A stretch of 52,640 nucleotides of DNA, filler included, from Catajapyx aquilonaris (taxonomy: Eukaryota), in NCBI GenBank assembly GCA_000934665.2. It is 3 parts of 3 records of this genome, joined end to end, with 100 filler letters (N's around TTAATTAATTAA, not from the genome) between each part and the next. Parts side by side here need not be neighbours in the genome. Positions count along the whole stretch, not along the records: positions 1 to 17,412 come from JYFJ02006962.1; 2 more parts are not named here. One strand, written 5' to 3'. The translations under genes were made by a program, and so were the position numbers. Shown here piece after piece: positions 1-11,100 of the stretch (positions are counted from its first letter, which is position 1; every line of letters starts with the position of its first letter). The notes under the pieces are model-generated. The model saw only the letters and a program-made list of their open reading frames with translations. It was not told the DNA's origin and ran no database searches.

Positions 1-611
1 CTTGGTCCAATCGAAAAAGACCCTCTAAAATTCACCAATATTAACGTTTACATGAGAAAAATTAAACGTTAGAGTTAAAATCAGCATCTAAAAGAGGTGA
101 CGATTCTGCATGAATGTTTCATGGCAACAATTCGCACTAATCGCATAGAAATTCAATGTGCTTAATATTGAAGTTCCTAATTTCATAAAACACTAATATG
201 GAGTGGCTCATGGAAAATTAATGGGCAGAATTTTCGTCGTACTACTATTACTATTAACTACAGGTCTGTAGTTACTGCTAACTTAGCAGTACAATTGCAG
301 TACACTGGCACTGCTGTTAGAAGTAATTAGTAGTAGGACGAAAATTCCACAAATTTGTTTCAGAAAGGAGACTTCATGAGCAGTGAATTGGAAACTGCTT
401 GAGTAAGACCTATGGTACAACTTAAATCAATTGGTGAAGGTCTTACGTGCGCCTGCCTTGTTTCAGTACTTTCATTCCGCCGCGGAGGTCTTACTTCTCT
501 TTTTTTTACTGAAGGGAAAGTTTTTGATCTAATGTATATTTGACTTGCTTCCATAGGTCATCTTTCTTTTTCAACACCCATGGGGAGGTTGCTTTTTTTG
601 AAAAATAATTA

Positions 612-976
612 CAGGTTGAGACTCCTTGATCTAAAATGCTTGGGACCGGAAGTGTCTCAGGTTTCAATTTTTGGGGGATTTTGTAATGTTTGTATATTGC
701 ATCTATAAAGCAGGACAGCTTTGGGATGGGATAAATCCCTGAACACTATATCCATGCACATTTCTTAAAAGAGGTTACACATTACCCCTGGAGATAGTTT
801 TCGTATATAAATTTTGTATGAGTTTGTATATGTACATACACACACAGGTAATTATGCTAGTCATGTTACACTCACATGGAATTTTCCATTTGTGGCACAT
901 TAGGTCAGCACTCAAAAAACTTGAAGATTTGTGAGGTTTTGGATTTTGGAATTTTGGATCAAGGATTCTCAGCTTG
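612..976. mobile_element. Non-autonomous Tigger/pogo-type DNA transposon (Tigger4/MER46-like)
   Basis: TA|CAGGTTGAGACTCCTTGATC... left end; ...GATCAAGGATTCTCAGCTTG right end is its imperfect inverse. Internal motifs ATGCTTGGGACCGGAAGTG and GGAATTTTCCATTTGTGGCAC resemble the Tigger4 consensus as recalled. Confidence 0.7.
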
Positions 977-1100
977 CATTATTGGGTTAGGGCACCACCC
1001 ATGTCAGGCATATGGCATCATACCCTGATTGCTTTTTAGGTGTACAAGCTTCGCCCCTGTCTGTAACTCCCAGGTACCACAAGCGATGGAGGGTCATAGG

Positions 1101-1316
1101 CAGTGGCGTAGGCAGGGGGGGGGGACCCAAAAAATTTAGTTCCAATCCGCAATTTGAAGGTGTTAAAACGCATATGCGCAAATATTGTAGCTTATGTGAG
1201 CTTGAACAGCAAAAAAAAAATCGGCTGCGGCGGGCCTCTTCGTTCTACCAAGAGCTAATGGTTCTACCCTCACATAACCCCCCCCCCCCCCCTTACAAAT
1301 TTCCTGNACGCCGCTG
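1101..1316. mobile_element. hAT-type MITE
   Basis: TIRs CAGTGGCGT / ACGCCGCTG; 8-bp TSD GTCATAGG (1093-1100) / GTCATCGG (1317-1324). Confidence 0.75.
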
Positions 1317-1429
1317 GTCATCGGGAAGGAGTGCAGGTGCTAGTGCAATGATGCTTTATGCATTCCTCTGGGTGGTTAGCCTACAGGAAATCTGCCCAAG
1401 ACAAAGCTAGAGATTATGAAACTCCACAT

Positions 1430-1520
1430 GAGATAAGAAATCGAAGCTGGGGCTTGGGATCAAACCTGGGACCTTTCTATCTGTGGGCCCAAGCACTACC
1501 ACTGCACCATTCCATCTCCC
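1430..1520 (-). mobile_element. tRNA-derived SINE head (degraded)
   Basis: Minus strand has an A-box-like TGGTGCAGTGG and a B-box-like GGTTTGATCCC. Confidence 0.5.
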
Positions 1521-2932
1521 TCTAATATTTACTGCAGGGTGGTCGAAAAAGAATGCCCCAATTCTAAAACACTATAACTCGAAAACCTGTAGACATATCT
1601 TAATGATTTAAGTTTGAAATACTAAGAAGTGTCTGAAGTTTGGTCTTACCATGGTTTCTTTGCGCCATTTGTCGCTCGCAAAATAGAAATACGGTAATTG
1701 GTGTCGTGGCTAACCCTCTCATACATGTCTGGCATTACTGTTGCAGACTCATCCCGTGTGTGCTGGAGATGCTGGATTTTTTTACCATACATGTATCTCC
1801 ACAAAAAAGTCAGTCAGGCTAAGATCTGGTCTTATTCTGGGGCTAGGCATTGGGAAACTTCTCATTCCAGACTTCACACACTGGGAGGCTGAACAAATGG
1901 CAAAGGTTTGTTTCATGGATGAGATGACTTTTTATGTGCATCATCAAGAACAATGTGTATGGTGTGAAGACCCATCATATCCAGCACCTGGGTTATTCTC
2001 ACGAAATAGGCCAAACTGAAGTAAATAAAATTAACATGTTGAAGTTGTGAAACCATAGCGGTAAAAAAAAATTCTAAGAGGGATATGACCCCTCTAAAGA
2101 AGAAAAAAATATTGTCACAGCCTATGACCTTGGGCATTATTTGTGACATGCAAATAAAAAAACCCACGAGGTGAAGGAATGACATTCTTAAATCAAGATG
2201 TAATTAAACACATACATTCTCTGTGTATATACAGTGTATTGTTTTATACATTTACAGTACATATTATGCATATGAAATATTTCAATGCCATAGGTCACAA
2301 CATGGAGGGTGGATGTGAATTATTAATCTGTCAAAATCGTGGTCAAAATAATATGGGTGTTAGGGGGTGTGTATGATAGAGGCATGCCATGAGTCGTAAA
2401 GACTGGCAACGATCCATTTTGGAGATATTGATCTTTGACATCTGTCCTATATGCCATTGTCAACAACTCAGCTGACCCGAACAGTCTGAGAGTAGACGTT
2501 CTTTTTGGGGGTCTGGAGGTTTTGCTGGCCTCTTTCATCCCCGGCGATGGTGTTGTGGTCTGGAGTAGCCAACAGCTCGTCATTGAGATGGCTATCCTGC
2601 CTCACACTTCCTGTGTTGTGGACATTTCCAGGGATTATGCCGATGTCAACAACTCAGCTAGCCCGAACAGTCGGCATTCTTTTGTATCCCTCCAGTTCTG
2701 CGAGTACCTAACCAGTCTCCAGAATTTTTTAATAATTGGTCATGCATGAGGATAGCGAGGACCTCCTCGTCATCCGCTGAGACCCCAGTTTTTGGGGGGA
2801 AAAGCCGTGATGAATATGATGATGATGATGTTGATGACATCTATCCTTACAACTGGTACCCCCACAAATGCTTGCATTGCTCGTTGGAGGTGCAGGTCCT
2901 AGGTGCAGGTAGTACAGTAATTACATCATTCC

Positions 2933-3186
2933 AAGGCGACATGGTGGCGTAGTGGTTAGCGCCGCAGCCTTCCACCTCTAAGGTCCTGAGTTCGATCTCC
3001 TGGTCGGATGGAGGATACTTATGTGGATCGAGTTTCGATGGGTTTTCTCCATGTTCACGTGGGTTTTCTCGGGGTACTCCCGTTTCCTCCCACAATCAAA
3101 ATCCACCATTGCGTAGGCAATGATTAAAGTCGGTTGTTGAAAAGATGATCCCCTAAGAGGCCCAAGGAGGCCTATCATGGGGTATC

Positions 3187-3248
<62 letters not shown>

Positions 3249-3839
3249 GCAGGTTACCCGGCGTTGCCCGGGTATGTTATGGTGGTAGGCGTATATCTAT
3301 AAATGAGGATTTTTGTGGGTGTTTCTTGCTTCCTCTGTTTAGCTTGTCTGGCTGCTTGAAGGTGTAGACGGGACTCTCGCTCTTCTGAAGTTTCTTGCTG
3401 CCTTGTACTTCGTTTGCGTTTGGCAGTGCAACGTTTTTTTGGAGGCATCGAGAAACAGACGGGGAACACTCGATATCTCGGAAAATGCAATTCTGGCACT
3501 TCTAACTTTTTGAGTTTCCTTGGAAATCCTTACAAACAAAAACAGTATAATTAACAGTCCCTATTCTTGTCTTCAAAATCTCACGAATTACTATGTAATG
3601 AGGGCATTACCATGGAAATCTATGAATATTGTTAAATAGGTCATTGGTAATTGGTTAATTGGGAATATGCGTGTTATGGGTGTTAGGTTCATTCTCGGAA
3701 GCTGAAACATGCGGCATTAAATTGCTTGAAAAATGTAACCCCTGATATGCTAATTTAAGGCGGTGTAAGGGCCTTCCCCTGGATTTCTATAAGGGACAAA
3801 CATCCAAACTCACAAACTTCCTTATTTATAGATATAGAG

Positions 3840-3902
<63 letters not shown>
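2933..3902 (+). mobile_element. tRNA-derived SINE with V-SINE-like core and (ATT)n tail
   Basis: A box TGGCGTAGTGG, B box GAGTTCGATCT, core GTGGGTTTTCTCGGGGTACTCCCGTTTCCTCCCAC, (ATT)n tail, 13-bp TSD ATTACATCATTCC at 2920-2932 and 3903-3915. Confidence 0.85.
3247..3841. mobile_element. Non-autonomous Helitron/Helentron-like element inserted in the SINE (ATT)n tail
   Basis: Terminal hairpin TAGCAGGTTACCCGGCGTTGCCCGGG at one end and ...ACAAACTTCCTTATTTATAGATATAGAGAT at the other. Minus-strand peptide MPPKKR...ETSEERESRL...RQAKQRKQET resembles Helitron N-terminal ET-repeat segments. Confidence 0.55.
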
Positions 3903-3907
<5 letters not shown>

Positions 3908-4940
3908 ATCATTCCCTCATGTTGTGCTAGACGAGGGAATGACGAACTCAGTTATAATGGCCCACCCGACTGGCGCACTTACACTTTTCGACCCAAACAA
4001 GAATACAACCAGGTCCTCCTACATGAAAGGCACCCTTTCATTTCATCATGTTTCTTCCCCTTGAGGGTACAGTTACAATTGCTTACAGAGCAGTGAGGAA
4101 ATGACAGGTCATGCTAAACATGCAGCAGTTTTCGCCCTTTCATGCTCACATTCCACCTTCTCTGCCAACCTGGGAATGAGTGACTTATGTTGGGCTACGT
4201 CTCATGACTGGCCAGAACAGATGGTCGTTGATTAGAGCACTTGCCACCTGTCTGGTGGCAAGTTACATGACCTGACATGAAGTAGTGAGGGAATGACAAA
4301 ATTTACGTGGGACAGCATGGAAGGCTCACCCATTCAGAGTAGTTTCATCAGGTGCAATCATTTCTGCATCATGACATCATTTTCAACAATGGAGAACAGG
4401 TTATGTCCACGTATAAACTGATACTCACGGTACTTCACGATATATTACAGATTGTAATGTTGAAAATGCAAATTGGGACAAGTGAGGGAATGATATTTCA
4501 CTGATACGGTAATTTTTCTCTTCTAAGCACACACCAAATCTTCTTACTTGACTTGCGCCCTACCTTGTGCCCCTTAGGGGCTATCCAAAGAAAATGTGAA
4601 AAGAAATGAAAATATGAACAGCATCATGTAGTTGACTTATGGTGAAAGGACATCACTTTGCCCTGTTTCATGAGAATGACCCACCTACGGGATAGGATCA
4701 CAAAGGTAGCTCCAGATGATTGAGTGGGTTTGGCACGAGACAGAATACCATCTTTTTATCTGGAGAGCGACAAATGAAGCTCATATCAACACAAACTGAG
4801 GTGACACCAAAACTTCTACATTTCTTAGCATTTCAAAACTTAAATCATTAAGATATGGCTACAAGTTTTTGAGGTACAGGGTTTTAGATTCGGGGCATTC
4901 TTTTTCGACCACCCTGTACTTTATCATGATATCCACCAAA

Positions 4941-5224
4941 GCAGGTTGGTGTAGTAGATATGGAGTCCGCCTGCTAATCAGGAGGTCTTGGGTTCGAATC
5001 CCGGGGCCGGCGACCCTGACTGTGGTTTTCTGTGGTTTTCCACGGTCCTCCCAGGATAATTCCGGGGTCGTTTCCGTAAAAATCGGCCACAGCCGCTTCC
5101 TTCCGTCCCCATCCTATCCCAAAAAGCACATAAAATGAAAGCAAAGAGTACCAGTCAAAACAAAAATTTCCCCCCTAAAGAGCCACCGGCTGATAACGGG
5201 GTATGAATTATTATCAATTTATCA

Positions 5225-5258
<34 letters not shown>

Positions 5259-5260
5259 CA
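4941..5260 (+). mobile_element. tRNA-derived SINE (second family)
   Basis: A box TGGTGTAGTAG, B box GGTTCGAATCC, core CCTGACTGTGGTTTTCTGTGGTTTTCC...GGCCACAGCCGCTTCCTTCC, (ATT/ATC)n tail. A decayed inverse copy lies at ~8680-8830. Confidence 0.8.
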
Positions 5261-6533
5261 TCCTCATGATAACCTTAAAAAGAAATTAATAACATCAGTA
5301 ACTATTCATACATCAATTTAATTTCAATGGGTTGAGAGAGGGCTTGAGTGATAAGGCGATGGGGCCTTGATGTTCCCACATGCCTGAGGATGGGTGAATG
5401 CCAGTAATGTCTCTGATCCAACACAAGCATGTCGTAGTGGACTTCATGATCTTGGTGCACTCTCCTGTAGAGCTGGAGTAGAGCTATCACTGGCTTTAGA
5501 GTTGTTGTTGATTGAACTCCTGACCAAGCCTGTCCTCATCTTTTTGTCTGCAATAAAACATGTGTTCCCAATACATGCACAAGTTCCTGAACTATCACAG
5601 GTAGAAAAGTAAACCTTTTCTCCTTTCCAGTCTCTGGTAATGAGGTGATCAAGGAAGTTATGAGTCTTAACATAATTTACCAACCCCATATTTCAAATCT
5701 TCGTTGAGGGCCAGGTGTATGATCAGTAATGAATCACATAACAAATGTGACTTACCACTATCCACTAGAACCAATAGATGTAATACGTTCTGTGGCAGAG
5801 CAGTCAATAACCATAACTCAACAGACGGTTAACCATCTGTTCTGAAAAAAAGTGGTTGATATTGATACTCAGTTGATGACAATGGCCCAGGACAAAAACC
5901 ACCAGTAATACTTACATGTGATTGACTGCACATGTCCATGACATCAATGAGGTGATGTAACAGTGGGAGAGAATTGAAATCAGCAAATTGTTATGGGTGT
6001 ACTACTGAACATGCACCTATGGCCCTGTTTATTTCATGCAATATAAATTCACTGCAATTGAATCATGCAATAAAGGTCAAAGAAATAAGTGCACAAGTGC
6101 CAAGACACTTTCAATGTAACAAAGGTGCTTTCAGATTCAATGGTTCAATTGCACTTGTTGTTTCGGATCTTGGAACATCACATGGTCTTTTCACCCGAAT
6201 GCAAAACTTTTTTAAAATTTACCTGTCAATTTTGATAACATTATTAAAATTTATGGTGCTATTTTAAATCTCATATTTATTTGCTTACAGCAAAGTATAC
6301 CACTGGATAAACTGACTGTTTCACATAGACAGCACTCAAACAAGAATGTGCACTAGCATATTATGCAACAAAAGAGATCACCACATGCAAGGTCCATTCA
6401 GATAAAAAAGTGAGCCAGTCAAGTGTGAACAGAGGTATAAATAAGTTCTGGGAAACAAGTGATACAAAGGACAAGACTCATCAACTATTGACCAAATTTG
6501 GTTGATATCCAAGTTGTGGACAAGCCAGATGAG

Positions 6534-7146
6534 CAGTGGTGGGCACAGCTAACGAAAGTTTACCTTCACTAACCGCTAATCCGCCAACTAAAACTGTTGG
6601 CATCGCTAGATCGCTAACGCTAAACTGCTAGAAATATTAGCGGAAGCTTTTATTATATGAATTTAGTCTCTTTTTTTTGCTCTACGACCCTTTAAAAAAT
6701 AAAAACAAACCTCGAGTGCTAGAGCCAAGAGAGAACTGCTACACAATCATATGCCTTATTTAGTTATTTACTGTTCCATACAAAAAGTAATAAATGAATC
6801 CAAAAAGTAAAAAAGTTTAATTGTAACAAAAGTATGACATTTTACAATCGGAAAATGTAATTCACTTTGGCTGGACCATCTCGGACTCCATCGTTTCAAA
6901 ATTGTGATGGCGGTTGGCCTTCAAAAACATCAGCCTCTCACGGTTGTCATCTGAGAGGGTGGCTCTATTGGCCCTCAATGCTGCTCAGAAAGTAACAGAC
7001 AGCAAGACAGGAACATGTATGAATTTTGCTAGCGGACTTACATTTAGCGGATGCTAATTGGTCCGCTCACACTTCACCAAGTTAGCAAAGCTAACCAAAA
7101 TGTTAGCTTCGCTAATTAGCGGTTAGCGGGACCTCGTCCACCACTG
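6534..7146 (-). mobile_element. Internally deleted hAT transposon
   Basis: TIRs CAGTGGTGGGC / GTCCACCACTG; GCTAAC/GTTAGC subterminal repeats. Minus-strand 6978-6862 encodes LRANRATLSDDNRERLMFLKAN..., typical of the end of the hAT dimerisation domain. Confidence 0.75.
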
Positions 7147-7438
7147 CCCAAAATGTATCCCCTGTAGTCCTTATCTCATCCAAAAGCCATAAGGGCACGA
7201 ATCATAGGACATGGGATAGAGAAGTACGTGACAGGAGGACAGATGCACAATGATGACTTATTGGACTGCATGACTGATTCAAGTTTATGCTCCAAGATCA
7301 CAGAGATACCTGTCCCAATGCAGTAACAAACATCTAATACAATCTGCATCTGGCAATGCTGCCAGGGGAATTTTTCACCACCGTGATAATTTCATGGCAA
7401 ATGTACCAGATGTTTTGTCTAGCAGTGGGACACTGGTG

Positions 7439-7588
7439 TCCCAAGGTGAAATGCCCTATGTTCAAAGCCAGTAAGGACAAACGTCACATGCACTTGTCCG
7501 TCCCCCCCAAGGCCAGGGAGGATAGTGCACGACCTGCACACAACTTTCATCCTTACTGGCTTTGAACATAGGGCATTTCACCTTGGGA
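7439..7588. repeat. Short MITE-like foldback with 39-bp perfect inverted repeats
   Basis: TCCCAAGGTGAAATGCCCTATGTTCAAAGCCAGTAAGGA (7439-7477) and its exact inverse (7550-7588). Confidence 0.8.
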
Positions 7589-8115
7589 TAGCAGGGCAGG
7601 TATCTTAATGGTCCTGAGGAGTACATTCGAGTAAACCACGCACTCCAGGTCATTATTGCAGGAGTGGTGTTATGTTTATCACGACCATCTGAGATTCCAC
7701 ATTCATTCCCTGGATTAGGTGCTTCACGGAATATTTTCTGGCTCTCATACAACTCAAAGTCAATCAAATTTGGTCCCCTGTCAGACAGGTCTCATCAGGA
7801 TTTTTAAAACACTTGCCCCTTAACTTATTTGTAACCATGTAACTGCCTCCCTCTTATTCAAATGGATCTTGTACTGAACATAATGGTCAAAAATTGTTCC
7901 GCAATAGACACGTAATCCAATGCCTTACAAAATGTTAAGTTACATGATATCATCAGAACACTAATACTAAAAGTGTTGGCAGAAAGTGTAAGGCACATTG
8001 ACACTTGGGCTAAATTGAGGTTCCTCATGATCTCAATTCTCCCACCAAAATGCACCACAAAATGACAGGAGCAGAATCATCAATTTCCACTTCCACAACA
8101 CATTTATTGCAAGTG

Positions 8116-11100
8116 TTAACGCCGCATGAGACCAGGTCCGTCTTTTGGTTGAGGTGGCATGTTCAGGTTAACACTTTGGCTGAGAAATGCCAGGGGACCC
8201 TTTGGGCACTTGTTGGCATAATGGCCTTTAGCACCACACTTGTAGCACACTACTTCTTCCAGGGGCTTTTGCGGCTTGGTCATGTCATCATCACCTCGAT
8301 CTGAATGATAGCTGTACCGGGAGACCATGGCCTGGAAGAAAAGCAAGAATTACATGAGGCATGTTCATTTTCTTAATTATTGTTACCTCCTGCTTTGCAT
8401 GAATCTCTCTCACATCTGGTGGCATATGTGGGCATTGCATGGCCTTATGTCCAGTCTCGCCACAGTAGTGGCATGTAATGACAGTCTTCTTTCCAATCTT
8501 TTGACCTTCTTCTACAGCTGGAAGCTCAAATCGAGGGCTGGAATGGACAACATTGAATGTTAAAACCTAGACTACGACTTGCACCACTGAATGGAAGAAA
8601 ACGTGTCACATTCCTCCTGCAACAGGATGTCAGAAGAGCTCTGGATTATTTTACTTTATTCACAATTACTGTAATTGGAAGAGCCAAAGGCAACTAAGGC
8701 CCCTAGACAGGGAGGCAAGGATATGGAAGGAATCCGCTGTGTCCATTGCCTAAAAATACCCTGGAGGGACCATGGAAAACAATGAAATTCCTGGTCAGGA
8801 GAGCCACACCTGGATTCAACCCCATATCCTGACATCTAATCCACCTGGATACACTGCTTTAGTATTCTGAGCTGTTAATAGCATTATTTTATTTATTTAT
8901 TTATTTTTATTTGTCTTGTGTTACCCTGTGATAGGGTCATGGGCCCTCTTAGGGGGGTGGAACACCACCATATTTTCCATTCAGTTTTCTATCATTTTTT
9001 TCTTCAGACACCATGCATGGATGAAAGGATATAGGGTAGGGATGGGGATTTCTGGGGAGGAGACACAGGTGCAGGTGCGATGTCTTAAACATTGGGCCAT
9101 GAGGAGTCTCCCAGGAGGTTAAGTTGCCAGACACCTCCAAGGCGCAGGCGAAAAGGAACTCCCAGGCGGGGACAAATCCGGGACCTTCACTCAGCAAGCT
9201 GAGACGTTACCATCTAGGCCACCACGCCTTCCCCTGTTAGTAGCATTATCTGTGATAGCGGCAGTACTTACTGGACAAACTTGCAGGCATTTCCTTCTGG
9301 ACAAAATCCAGCCAGGTAGTTCATGCAAACAACTCGACGAACATGCCTGTGACGGCAGTTTGGCCCATGTCTGCAAAATCCACGATCATACCATGGGCAG
9401 TCTTTGATCTTGCTTTCTGGATCAATGTGTAGGAATGGACATTCTTTGTTGTGACAGGCATCTGGAGGTAAAAAAGGATTGTCATTAGATCCCACTCCAA
9501 TGTAAAATAACTGAAACATGAATCTACTGTTGGTATGATATGAACCTGGATCATAACATACACAATACTTACTGCGCCATTAAGCTGAGAAGGAAAATAC
9601 TAATATGTACTTACTGAATCTGGAGTAGAAGTAACATTCAGGCATCTTGCTCATGTCATACTCATGTAGAAATTCACACTGGTCACCCTTCTTGCATAGG
9701 CCTCGCAACCAATGTTTGCACACAATGGAACGGTCTCCACGCACATGCCGGAAGGGGCATGTTGCTCCTTTGGAACACGCCCCCCTTGGAAAAAATTCGC
9801 AGACAGCAGCTGTAGATTCTGGAGAGAAACACAAGAGAATCTAAATATCAAAGTAATATTAATGACTGATATCTAGAGTCCAGATTTTAGGCACGAAAAA
9901 AAAACGAAGTAGGCATGAAAAAACCCTCAAATAGGCACAAAAAGTTTACTTTTTTGGGGATGTGGAGGATAACGTTCCAGAATACAAAAAAGCCAGAATA
10001 ATTTTATATGCCTAAAATATAAATATAAGGTCCAAACCAGAGCAAAAATCGAATAACAGCGATAAACTGAGAGAAATTCACAAAACTTGGGCAAAATCAC
10101 AAAGTGCAAGCAAGTATCACTTGCTCTGGACTCTACCGCTTATAGCCAGTTTCCCCTTGGGCCCTTGCACCAGACTTGCACAATATGTTGCCAAATATTT
10201 TTCCAATATTTGCCATACGTGTCACGGAACCATGATTCGTATTATACTGCGGAACGATTTTGATCCTTTCAGGGGCACAAAAAAACACAGTAAAACCTCT
10301 ATATGTCGAATCTCCATGGGACCGGGAAAAAACTTTGAGTTATAGAAGATTTGAGTTAGAGACGTTTGGAATTTTTTACGCACATAACTCTATAAGGAAG
10401 CCTACCTTCATATACAGAGACGAAAGGTGTTCAAAAATTAAAAATAACTATCACTATCACACTTGCAATGTTCCTTGTTGTTTTGGTGTAAAATAATCTC
10501 TGTTATGGAATTTTCCTACTCTTAAGGCCGGTATCCACTGCTCAATATCAAGGGGGTTCAACCCGTTCAACCCCTTGAATCTGGCCCTTGAGCGGGCTTG
10601 AACCGAGTAGAGCACGGCCCTACTTGATTCAACCCCTTGAATTTAATGGGTTGAATCAAGTAGGGCCATGCTCTACTCGGTTCAAGCCCCCCAAAGGGTT
10701 GATTCAAGGGGTTGAACGGGTTGAAACCCCTTGATATTGAGCAGTGGATACCACCCTTTAGATTCAAGGATTCAATTGTCACAATCAAGTCAAACCCTTC
10801 TTTAGGTACGTCTGGTAGACGGAGATCAGGAAATTGAGCCTTTCTTTACATGTGGCCTACTGTCGACCCTTCGGCTGGGCAATGAGAAAATTTCCCGTAC
10901 TCTCCAACATGAACTTCGACTTAGGGAGACTGAAAATGCATTTCGAGTTACAGAAATTCGAGTTAGGGAAGTTTATTTCCTATTCTTTTACATTGTGACC
11001 AACCAAGCTCATCATTTTCTTCAACTTATAAAGAACTTTGACTTAGGGAAGTTCAACTTATAGGTTTACTGTACTCCTCAAAAAACCAAACATGCCTCTG

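Larger units (their letters stand above)
2915..4503. mobile_element. Non-autonomous TIR element, left TIR split by a SINE
   Basis: After removing the SINE, CAGTAATTACATCATTCCCTCA matches the inverse of TGAGGGAATGATATTTCACTG (ends 4503). Internal GAGGGAATGA subrepeats. Confidence 0.5.
1535..4916 (+). mobile_element. Decayed Tc1/mariner (ITm) transposon carrying nested insertions
   Basis: TIR CAGGGTGGTCGAAAAAGAATGCCCC (1535) and its inverse GGGGCATTCTTTTTCGACCACCCTG|TA (ends 4916). Transposase remnants VCFMDEMTFYVHHQEQCVW (~1905-1965) and VWHETEYHLFIWRATNEAHI (~4728-4790). Confidence 0.75.

Noticed and set aside
229..554. Short inverted repeat (229-346) and 64-aa ORF (360-554)
   Set aside because: No recognisable domain or TSD; insufficient support.
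2933..3010. tRNA-like sequences (also ~4941, ~9230, ~13415, ~16530)
   Set aside because: SINE heads followed by cores, tails and mostly TSDs; not complete tRNA genes.
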